IMG/VR virus record: IMGVR_UViG_3300027770_000026
Coordinates: 186,001 to 250,000 of that record
Direction: 5' to 3' (one strand)
DNA length: 64,000 nucleotides
Notes under the pieces: generated by a model
What the model was told of the DNA's origin: nothing
Databases searched by the model: none
The model's input: the letters and a program-made list of their open reading frames with translations, nothing else
Shown: positions 29,250 to 38,700 of the stretch, one piece after another
Position numbering within the stretch: position 1 is the first letter of the stretch
How the letters are laid out: the number at the start of each line of letters is the position of its first letter
Program-made: the position numbers and the translations under genes

Positions 29250-30341
29250 ATGCTAGACGCCTTGAAAAATATCGTCGACAATGGCATGCTTTCCGAAGAT
29301 ACCAAACTAGCCATCAATGAAGCCTGGGAAAGCAAAGTTCGCGAAATTCGTGAATCAGTTGAAACAGAACTACGTGGCGAATTTGCTCAACGTTATGAGC
29401 ACGATAAGAGTCAGATTATTGAAGGACTCGATCGTATGGTATCTGAAAATCTGCAGAAAGAACTAGGTGAATTTGCTGAAGACCGTAAGGCTCTTATCAG
29501 CGAGCGCATCCAGTACAAGAAGCAGACTAAGGAGCATGCTGCCAAGCTCCAACAGTTCGTGTTGGAAAATTTGGCAAAAGAATTAAAGGAATTTAAGGCC
29601 GAACGTGATGCATTCAGAAAGGATGTAGCCAAGCTAGAGAGTTTTGTGGTTAAGAACCTATCAAAGGAAATCATGGAATTCTCAGAAGACAAGAAGGAAT
29701 TGGTTAACGCCAAGGTACGTCTTGTTGCAGAAGCTAAGAATCAGCTGAACGCCGTTAAGAAGCAGTTCGTTTCACGCGCTGCCGCTGCTGTAGAAACAGC
29801 AGTCACTGAAGGTTTGAAGAAAGAATTAGTGCAACTTAAGGAAGATATCGAAGTTGCTCGCAAGAATAACTTTGGACAACGCTTGTTTGAAGCGTTCTCA
29901 AAAGAATTTGCAAGCAGCCATTACAGCGAAACAACAGAAATCCGCGCATTGCGTGGTAAGCTGACGCAAGCTGTACGTGTGATGGAAAATCTTAAGAAGC
30001 AGTCAGATGCTGCAGCACATCTAGTTGAATCAAAACAAAAAACGATCAACGAAATGCGCGACAGTTCTGTGCGTTTGGAAGTTATGAGCGAGTTGTTTAC
30101 GCCACTAGGCAAAAAGCCACGCGCTATAATGGAAGATTTACTGAGAACAGTACCAACTGCAAAACTCAGAGAGTCTTTTGACAAGTATTTGCCGAGTGTT
30201 TTAAACGACGGTACACAAAGTGCCCCAGTAAAGAAGCAATTGGTTGAATCGAGAAAGGAAGTTACTGGTGACAAGCCAGTGCAAATTGACAGACCAGCAG
30301 CGGAAATCTTTGATCTCCGTAAGCTAGCTGGCTTGAAGTAA
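29250..30341 (+). CDS. gp22: Prohead scaffold gp22-like
   Basis: Coiled-coil, between protease and capsid; ends LRKLAGLK. Confidence 0.8.
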   Translation: MLDALKNIVDNGMLSEDTKLAINEAWESKVREIRESVETELRGEFAQRYEHDKSQIIEGLDRMVSENLQKELGEFAEDRKALISERIQYKKQTKEHAAKLQQFVLENLAKELKEFKAERDAFRKDVAKLESFVVKNLSKEIMEFSEDKKELVNAKVRLVAEAKNQLNAVKKQFVSRAAAAVETAVTEGLKKELVQLKEDIEVARKNNFGQRLFEAFSKEFASSHYSETTEIRALRGKLTQAVRVMENLKKQSDAAAHLVESKQKTINEMRDSSVRLEVMSELFTPLGKKPRAIMEDLLRTVPTAKLRESFDKYLPSVLNDGTQSAPVKKQLVESRKEVTGDKPVQIDRPAAEIFDLRKLAGLK

Positions 30342-30364
30342 CACATTAAAAGAGGAAATTTAAA

Positions 30365-31555
30365 ATGTCTAACACACTTCTTGAACATCGTTGGAACGAG
30401 ACCAAGGAGGCGTTGCTGGAAGGTCTCACTGGCTCAAAGAGAAATTCTATGAGTGTAATGCTGGAAAACACCCGCAAGTACATCGCAGAATCGGCATCGT
30501 CAGGTGCTACATCAGCCGGTAACATCGCAAGCCTCAACCGCGTAATTCTACCAGTAATTCGTCGCGTAATGCCAACAGTCATTGCAAACGAACTAGTTGG
30601 CGTACAGCCAATGACAGGTCCTGTCGGACAGATCCACACATTGCGTGTGCGTTATGCCCAGACACACACTGGTTCAGTTGCCGGCGACAATACTACAGCA
30701 GGCGAAGAAGCACTAAGCCCATTCAAGATCAGCCTAAGCTACTCCGGTACAGCACCGTCAGCAACAGCAAGTGATCAAAGAGCAGGTGCAACAGCAGGCC
30801 TAGAAGGTACCGGTGGTAATAAGGTATCGGTACAGATTTTGAAGCAACCAGTAGAGGCACGTACACGTAAATTGTCAGCTCGCTGGACCTTTGAAGCTGC
30901 ACAGGATGCACAATCACAGCACGGTCTGGATCTAGAAGCAGAAATTATGGCTGCACTAGCTCAAGAAATTACTGCTGAAATTGACCAGGAAATCCTAGCA
31001 AGCCTCCGTTCACTGGCACCAACAGAAGAAACCTTCGACCAGTCAACAGTAAGTGGTACTGCAACATTCGTTGGCGACGAGCATGCTGCTCTAGCTATTC
31101 TAATCAACAGAACCGCTAACAAGATTGCTTCACGCACACGTCGCGGTGCAGGTAACTGGGCAGTTGTAAGCCCATATGCATTGACTATCCTACAGTCAGC
31201 AACAACAAGCGCATTTGCACGTACCACAGAAGGTACATTCGAAGCACCAACAAACACCAAGTTTGTCGGTACATTGAACAGCAGCATGCGTGTATATGTT
31301 GACGCATATGCAGCTGACACACAGTCAGTACTAGTTGGTTATAAGGGTTCAACAGAGACAGATGCAGCAGCATTCTACTGCCCATACATCCCTCTAATGA
31401 GCTCAGGTGTAATCCTAGACCCAGCAACATTCGAGCCAACAGTTGGCTTCATGACACGTTACGGCTATGTTGAACTAACCAACACAGCATCGTCACTTGG
31501 CAATGCAGCAGACTACCTCGGTGAAGTTGTAGTTCAGAACGTAAGCTTCCAGTAA
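30365..31555 (+). CDS. gp23: Major capsid protein gp23-like
   Basis: VILPVIRRVMPTVIANELVGVQPMTGPVGQIHTLR, ARTRKLSARWTFEAAQD, FYCPYIPL, GFMTRYG. Confidence 0.96.
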   Translation: MSNTLLEHRWNETKEALLEGLTGSKRNSMSVMLENTRKYIAESASSGATSAGNIASLNRVILPVIRRVMPTVIANELVGVQPMTGPVGQIHTLRVRYAQTHTGSVAGDNTTAGEEALSPFKISLSYSGTAPSATASDQRAGATAGLEGTGGNKVSVQILKQPVEARTRKLSARWTFEAAQDAQSQHGLDLEAEIMAALAQEITAEIDQEILASLRSLAPTEETFDQSTVSGTATFVGDEHAALAILINRTANKIASRTRRGAGNWAVVSPYALTILQSATTSAFARTTEGTFEAPTNTKFVGTLNSSMRVYVDAYAADTQSVLVGYKGSTETDAAAFYCPYIPLMSSGVILDPATFEPTVGFMTRYGYVELTNTASSLGNAADYLGEVVVQNVSFQ

Positions 31556-31580
31556 TAAGAAGTTCAACGTTAGTTGATAT

Positions 31581-31609
31581 GACAGGGGCAGAAATGCCCC
31601 TGTCTTTTT
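31581..31609 (+). terminator. Rho-independent terminator after capsid gene
   Basis: GACAGGGGCA-GAAA-TGCCCCTGTC-TTTTT. Confidence 0.9.
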
Positions 31610-31645
31610 ATGTCTAAGTAATAAATAATGATAGAGGGTTAAACA

Positions 31646-32056
31646 ATGTCGCTAACAAATAAAACACAAGGTAATATTACGCAGATTGCATTAGGCACGG
31701 GTACTAATGCTGGTAATGCAAATGGTACAATCAATCTAGTTGGCGGAGAGGTCATTGTAACCGGCGATTTAACAGTATTAGGCACATTAAATGCTACTGT
31801 TGATCCGTTACCTAACTTTGATAGTCCTATACTTTACATAAATGACGTAGATACACCAACAGATACCATTGGTGGATTGGTATTAAGAGGCGATACAGAT
31901 AAAGAATTACTTTGGTACGACACTACCGATGCATGGTCTAGTAATGTTAACTTTGACTTAACAACTAACGGCAGCACTTATCAAATTGAAGGTGTAACTG
32001 TGCTAAGTGCTACCGCATTGGGACAGGGAGTTGCAGTGGACGGCGGAACGTATTAA
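31646..32056 (+). CDS. Small virion structural / decoration-like protein
   Basis: VIVTGDLTVLGT...GGLVLRGDTDKELLW...DAWSSNVNFDL..G..YQIEGVTVLSATALG; ends DGGTY. Confidence 0.5.
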   Translation: MSLTNKTQGNITQIALGTGTNAGNANGTINLVGGEVIVTGDLTVLGTLNATVDPLPNFDSPILYINDVDTPTDTIGGLVLRGDTDKELLWYDTTDAWSSNVNFDLTTNGSTYQIEGVTVLSATALGQGVAVDGGTY

Positions 32057-32730
32057 AATCTTACAAAGTGATAGTCGCCGTCAACACCTAGACCACCGGA
32101 CGAGAACATACCCGATACGTCAGTAAATCCAATAGTTTTTAAATATTCCCGTACTTCGTTTACACTAGGTGCACCAATATTAAAATCTACATGTTGTAAT
32201 TCTAAAACTAGATGTTTGCAGTGTTCTAACATCTTAGTTGCACCTTTGATAATATCTAGTTCTGCACCTTGCACATCCATCTTAATAAGATCAGGCAAGG
32301 GATATCCTTTGTTAGCAACTATAGTATCTAGAGTCATTGCTATCTTTGCAACAGCAGTGCTATCGGGGAATACACAGTTGCCAAATGTATGTGCTACATT
32401 TTCTTGATAGTATGAATTGCCACCTGGCTGTTCTACATTTTCGTAGAACTTAACTTCCTTGTTGTCTTGATCGGATAACACACCAATGTTATATTTGTAT
32501 CCACTTTCTTGATATAAAAATTCTGCAGCTTCCATACCGTCAAACAAGATATATTCTGCATTAGGCCAGACAGGCTTCATTGAGTTAGTCCAATGCATAA
32601 CACACGCACCAATGTCGTATATTACTTTTGGTTCAAAATTTAGATCATCACGTAACTTTTTCAAGTAATCAACATGTGATTTTGGAAAAAGTTCTAATCG
32701 TTGTCCCAATTGTCTTAGATGATCTTTCAA
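32053..32730 (-). CDS. FkbM-family SAM-dependent methyltransferase
   Basis: VIYDIGAC...FDG...TLDTIV...PDLIKMDVQGAELDIIKGA. Confidence 0.85.
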   Translation of the reverse strand: MKDHLRQLGQRLELFPKSHVDYLKKLRDDLNFEPKVIYDIGACVMHWTNSMKPVWPNAEYILFDGMEAAEFLYQESGYKYNIGVLSDQDNKEVKFYENVEQPGGNSYYQENVAHTFGNCVFPDSTAVAKIAMTLDTIVANKGYPLPDLIKMDVQGAELDIIKGATKMLEHCKHLVLELQHVDFNIGAPSVNEVREYLKTIGFTDVSGMFSSGGLGVDGDYHFVRF

Positions 32731-35642
32731 GTCATACTCTTTTTTTTAGTATCCACAGGAGCGTAACCGGTCATTAGCCCAACCTTAAACGTAAATGCTC
32801 CTAGATGGTCGCACTTAATACTAGTGTCTACGTATATCCTGAATCCCTTGTTACGTGCTTTAGCACAGAAGTCGGTATCTTCGCTTATTGTATCCTTGTG
32901 ATCTAGTGCAACATGATATTCAAATTGCGGATATCCTACAGCACTAAATATCTCTCCCTTTGCCAACACACAACCAAATCCACATCCACCAATTTCAACA
33001 AGCGCATTATCGGGTAAATTTTGTAGTTCTGCACGATTCATACCGCCCCATTGATTAGGTAGGTAGATTTCCAATGCATGTGTGCCCGGAATACGCTGTA
33101 TATACAACCCGCTTACTATATCCACATTGTGGGATAGCATTTTCTTTAGTGTGTCGGGCGGGAATACGATATCGCTATCAACTGAGAACAGATAGTCGTA
33201 GTTTGCGGCCCAACTTGCGATTAGATTTCTTACCTGATCCACACGGTATCCAAACGTATATCTAAATTCTGTTTCATATCCATCTGGTATTTCAAGATCG
33301 TAAATGCTCTTGAACGTATCTACTTCAATATTACGTGCTGTTGGAATAGCAATCAGAATCTTCTTCTTTTTTGAAGTAGGTAATACAGTATTGCTAGCCG
33401 TTGGCATAGTTATAGTAGTAGTAGGAACTACTGGAGGCGTAATAGCAAGAGAAGGTGTTGCGGTTGGGTTAGTGAGCGATACACCTAGTTCTCTGAGAAT
33501 TTCTAATGCTGGTTTCCTCGCCTCAGTTCGTGGCGGCGGGTTTGCCGGCGGCAATTCTGGTATCGTAAACATTGGTCCGTCTTTCATTTTAATAATGTTC
33601 CTTGCATTTCTTGTTTGCTCGTCGCCGTTGATCTTGTAGTCGTTAAGTGGACTAGCATCATTATAATTATAAACAACTCTAGACACAACCGTAATTTTGT
33701 CTGGATCGGCTTGTTCTAGTACAGAGTAGAAAATAGAGCCGTCACCGCCAGCCTTAAACCAATTACCATCTGCATCTTTAAACATCTTGTCGTCCACAGC
33801 ATTGAGTAGACGCTTTCTGAAAGTACGTAAATGGGTGTAGGGCATGATCCAATTGAAATGATGATTGCGATAGTTTTTGGTATCACGCACATGTTTTGGA
33901 TATGGTTGCGATATCAACGGAATGTTATCAACTATACTCCAGCACGACCCATAACTAAATTCTGTGCCTTCGTGATAGATATTATTATAGTAGTGGAATA
34001 TGTCGGGATCGTTAACTAACCAGTCGTCGCCATCTAGGATCATAACTATATCGTCATCTCCAAGATGTTCTCTAATAGCTGATACCTGATTGCATACAGC
34101 ACCAACATTTGTTTCACTTTCTATTAGAGTAAACCTACCGTCTAATTCGTCTGGTAAGTCCTTCATTACATCCATGATAACATCGACACTATTGTCGGTT
34201 GATGCATCATTGATCAAGTACAGATGATAGTTATCGTAGTTCTGCTGGGCAACACTTTCAATACACTTGCGCAGATAATTTGCTGCATTATAAAATGTGC
34301 TAATAACTGCAATGCGTTGTTGTACGCCACGTGTTGGAGTGCCCCACTCTTCGTTGTTACTAAATCTACGTCCAAACACTTGATGTACTTTAGCATTAAT
34401 ATCTGCAGCTCTGCGGTAGTCTGTTACTGGTAAGAATTGATTTAGCTTCTTATAAAAATGCTGCTTCCACTGTACTGCAACAGTATCCCATGTACAGATA
34501 TCGCGTATCTGATTACATGCATACATCTTTTGCTGATGTAGGTATGTGTTGCGGTATGCATTTATAGTCATTTCCGCAAACTTCTGAGACTGTGTTTCCG
34601 GATTGATCTCGGGGAATAGTCCGTTTGGCTCTACGGCATAGTCTAGCTGATAGCAAGCTAGGTTAACAGCAGTTTCTTCCAGTGCACCAAAACGACTGCA
34701 AAGTACTGGAGTATTGTAGTATAAGGATTCTAAAGTGGAAATGCCAAACGTTTCGGGAAACGCACCAGGCATGATCATAAAGCTTGCACGACTGAGCAAC
34801 TCTGCAATTTCGCTTTGCTTGATAATACCAGTAAACTCTACCGCTAACTGCGCATACAATGGATTAGCTGCATACTCGCGTAGCTTCTTTTCCTGTGCAT
34901 CGGGTTCTGCATTATCTCTGAAACGATAGTATCCCCCTACTACTTTGAGCTGTGCATCGGGAATGTTAGCTTTAACTTGTGGCCAAATACGATCTAGTAA
35001 TGGGACAAGTCCCTTGGTTACGCTAGCATTGTACACAAAAAGATTGCGGTCTTTGGCAGCAACATCTACTTGATCAATATATTTTGTCATACCATTACGT
35101 GTAACAAATACCTTGTTCTTGAGTACTTCAAAGTTACGACGCTTACCGCCGTGGTGGCAGTTAGTGACATACGCTGTGTGGAAGTCGCTCAGAGTAAAGA
35201 TCTCATCGATTTGCCTATTCAACAGCAGATCTTCTAGTATCTCGTCCCCGCCGCAGAACGTGTCGTGCATCCACAACACTTTATGTTTGGCATTTTTAAC
35301 CAGCTGCTGATATCTTTTGCAATGATATCCAAACTGCGCCCAGTGTGCCCAATGATGTTCTAATGAGAAAGGAACAACAGTACGCGACCCAATCACAATG
35401 TCCGCAGTATAATCATTTGGTACATCAAGTCGAGTATGATCTACATATGTCACACCGTCAAACACACCTTCCTGCGCATGAGAATCTATGCAGTTGTTGA
35501 ATACCGTGACTTTAAATCCTAGCTTTGCAAGCTCTTTGGATATCAAAATTACAGCACTTTCACTACCGCCTAACCCGCGTTTGCTTAACGTATTACCATC
35601 ATAGGTAAGTCCAAGCACGTCAATTATTGCTACAGATAACAT
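32727..35642 (-). CDS. Multi-domain glycosyltransferase (GT-B/GT4-like + GT2 + second GT2-like)
   Basis: GLGGSESAV...ETFGISTLESL (GT4); ISTFYNAANYLRKCIESV...INDASTD...LDGDD (GT2); ILIAIPT...VDSDIVFP...GFGCVL (GT2-like). Confidence 0.85.
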   Translation of the reverse strand: MLSVAIIDVLGLTYDGNTLSKRGLGGSESAVILISKELAKLGFKVTVFNNCIDSHAQEGVFDGVTYVDHTRLDVPNDYTADIVIGSRTVVPFSLEHHWAHWAQFGYHCKRYQQLVKNAKHKVLWMHDTFCGGDEILEDLLLNRQIDEIFTLSDFHTAYVTNCHHGGKRRNFEVLKNKVFVTRNGMTKYIDQVDVAAKDRNLFVYNASVTKGLVPLLDRIWPQVKANIPDAQLKVVGGYYRFRDNAEPDAQEKKLREYAANPLYAQLAVEFTGIIKQSEIAELLSRASFMIMPGAFPETFGISTLESLYYNTPVLCSRFGALEETAVNLACYQLDYAVEPNGLFPEINPETQSQKFAEMTINAYRNTYLHQQKMYACNQIRDICTWDTVAVQWKQHFYKKLNQFLPVTDYRRAADINAKVHQVFGRRFSNNEEWGTPTRGVQQRIAVISTFYNAANYLRKCIESVAQQNYDNYHLYLINDASTDNSVDVIMDVMKDLPDELDGRFTLIESETNVGAVCNQVSAIREHLGDDDIVMILDGDDWLVNDPDIFHYYNNIYHEGTEFSYGSCWSIVDNIPLISQPYPKHVRDTKNYRNHHFNWIMPYTHLRTFRKRLLNAVDDKMFKDADGNWFKAGGDGSIFYSVLEQADPDKITVVSRVVYNYNDASPLNDYKINGDEQTRNARNIIKMKDGPMFTIPELPPANPPPRTEARKPALEILRELGVSLTNPTATPSLAITPPVVPTTTITMPTASNTVLPTSKKKKILIAIPTARNIEVDTFKSIYDLEIPDGYETEFRYTFGYRVDQVRNLIASWAANYDYLFSVDSDIVFPPDTLKKMLSHNVDIVSGLYIQRIPGTHALEIYLPNQWGGMNRAELQNLPDNALVEIGGCGFGCVLAKGEIFSAVGYPQFEYHVALDHKDTISEDTDFCAKARNKGFRIYVDTSIKCDHLGAFTFKVGLMTGYAPVDTKKKSMT

Positions 35643-35663
35643 ATAGTCCTTTTAAAATTTAGA

Positions 35664-35688
35664 GCTAAATACGATACTAATACTTATT
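35664..35688. promoter_or_regulatory. Divergent late-type promoter variants for fibre (+, GCTAAATA) and glycosyltransferase (-, AATAAGTA)
   Basis: TAAATA/TAAGTA cores in the 85 nt gap between divergent genes. Confidence 0.45.
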
Positions 35689-35727
35689 TTTCATCTCCGT
35701 ACAGAGAAAAATTTCGTAGGGAACGCT

Positions 35728-38700
35728 ATGGCTACTTTTAACTTAATTCAGATGAAGCGCAGTGCAACTCCGGGAAAAGTCCCCACAACACAGGACTTAT
35801 CGCTGGGAGAATTTGGTATAAACACTTACGATGGTAAGGTTTTTATCAAAAAGGACGACGGTACGCCTAGTATCGTTGAAGTTGGCGTCAGAGGCGCCAC
35901 TGCAGTTCAAAATGTATTTTATGTAAGTAAAAGTGGTAATGATGCAAACGACGGAAAGAGCCTAGATAAGTCCAAACTTACAATTAAGTCTGCTGTAGCA
36001 GCAACTCGCGCATTAGTTGCAACTGCAACTGCGACCGTAGCCAATGGGTCAATTACTGCATTATATGTAACAAATCCAGGCGCCGGGTATGAATTACCCT
36101 TAATCCCAACCGTCACAATCTTTGGCGACGGTACCGGAGCAAGAGCAGTACCTATTATCAGTAGCGGATCAGTTATAGGTTTTACAATACTAGATAGAGG
36201 TATTGACTACACTTACGCCGATGTATACATAACACCGGCTGGCGCAGGACGCACTGGTGCAGGCTCAACCATATTTGTCAAGAGCGGCGACTATACAGAA
36301 GATAATCCAATTTACATCCCAGCCGGAGTAAGCATTGTTGGCGACAGTTTGCGTTCGGTGACAATTCGTCCGCAAAACACAACGCTGGACTTGTTTTGGG
36401 TTAATAACAAGAGCTACTTTACTGAAATGACTTTCAGAGATCATAAGGCTCCGGCTGCAATTATCGCATTCCCCTCAGTTGACATTACTGGCATTGAAAA
36501 TACCAATCCTGCCCGTGTAACGTTCTCGGGAGTATTCATATATGACAGAGTTAAATGTTCACGTGACGTTGGACTTATTGTAGATGCTCTTGCACAAGAC
36601 ATTAAATTTCCTGGTCTAGATGGCACAAGCCAAAGCATGTTTGCTGGCTTGCAGTACTGGACACAAAGTGGATACAGTATTCCAAATGTGTACCCAACAT
36701 CAGAAGTAACAGCAACACTGGGCGCACTTGCTCAACTTAAACTAGAAATTGCTGCGTTGCTTGGACCGGTGATGACTATAACTACGGACTCACTAGTTGA
36801 CGTAATTATTAACATATTAAATGGTACAACAAATCCTGCTACAGTCACGGATCTGATAGTACCAAACGGTACAACAGCAATTACAGCAACGGACGTTGTT
36901 AACGCATACGCTGACATACAAGCAGCAAAGACTACAATTATAGATAATATTATTAACTGGATTAACACTGTTGGTGCTCCGGGCATAACTTACGACGAAG
37001 CCCTTTGTCGCAGAGACCTTGGTTATATCATTGACAGTGTGTGCTACGACTTGTTGTACGGCGGCAACCGTCAAGTAATTCAAAATGGTATCTACTACTT
37101 GGGGTTCTCGGAAACGGACACAGCAATTCCAGGTGAGATTCCTCAGGTAACTGCTGCATATAACTATCTAAAGAGTATTGTTCCTTTGGTCATTGAAGGA
37201 ACAGCAATTGCATCACCTCGTCAGACTAAGGTTGTACAAGTTACAACAGGTAGTAATGGCACCGTAACACAGTCTAATCTAGCAACTAGCAATATTGACA
37301 TGATATTAGATATTATTAATACCGGACCAGCTGCATACGTAACTGCTGGAACACGTACACCAATTGGTCTAGTTGCAGCAAGCGGCAATGCTACCAATGC
37401 ATATAACAAGTTAATAGCTAATAGAGATTTCCTACGTGCAGAAGTAATTGCTTACATTGATCAGGAGACAATTTCGTTTGATCGTGCCAAGTGCTATCGT
37501 GACCTTGGACTCATTGTGGATTCTATTGCAACTGACGTGACATTCACCGATAGAACACAAACAACTTTTGCAGGTATCCAGTATTGGAGTCAGGCTGCAC
37601 TAGCATCGTCTAGCGAAATAAATCCGGGTGAGATTGCAGCTACAATTAACGCATATACATATCTTAAAGCAATTGCACTAGATATTATTCAAGACATATC
37701 AACACATGTTCTATATACACCGGTGTCGTATCCTCGAGTGACAGCAGCATCTATACCTACATCTGCAGTAACCGACCCTACAGTTATTTCTGCTATTAGT
37801 GACAATTTTGATCTGTTACTTGATATATTGACCGATGGCAATACCAATAACGTAACAGAGCGTATTATTTCAAGTGGTTTGATTATTGCAGGCAATACAA
37901 CGCAGCAATATCATGCGGCATTACTCTTAAATGCTAACACAGATTTCTTTAAGGAACAAGTAACATTAAGAATTGCTAACCAATTCCCGTTGTTAGTATA
38001 CAATACCGCTACTTGCGAGCGAGACGTACAATATGTTACTAGTTGCATAAGCAGAGACAATCTATTTGGTGGCAATCGCCAGACTGTGCAAGCAGCAGTA
38101 TACTATTATAGCTATCTAGCAGCTAGTACAGTACCAACAGAAATACAGCAAATTGAAAAAGCTTACAAGTATATCAAGATATTAGCTAGCTACATTATAC
38201 GTGGGCTACCAATGCCTTATGTATATCAAACTGGAGAATTACAAGACTTTGTAACTGCTTCCGGTGTTGGTACATTGACGCAAGTCACAGTGGCACAGAA
38301 CCTAGTAGATTATATGTTGGGCATCATCAATGATAAAACAACAGCAGATGCACCTGGATACGCCGGCATCTCAGAATTTAGTACAACGTATCGTCGTGCG
38401 GGCGAGCAATTACTAGCCAACAAAGAATTCATTAAGGCAGAAGTTGTTGCGTACCTAGAAGGATACACGTATAACCGTACAACATGTTCACGTGACACCG
38501 GACTCATTGTGGATGCGCTGGTACAAGACTTATTGTTTGATGGCGATAGCCAATCAACATTTGCAGCAATCCAGTACTGGAGTCAGACAGCAGAACGTTC
38601 AATCCCAGCAGGAGAGATTGCAGCAACAGTAGCGGCAATTGACTTTGTTATCACTCAGACTAATGCATTGTCTATTAGAACAGCAGACAAGACTAATATT

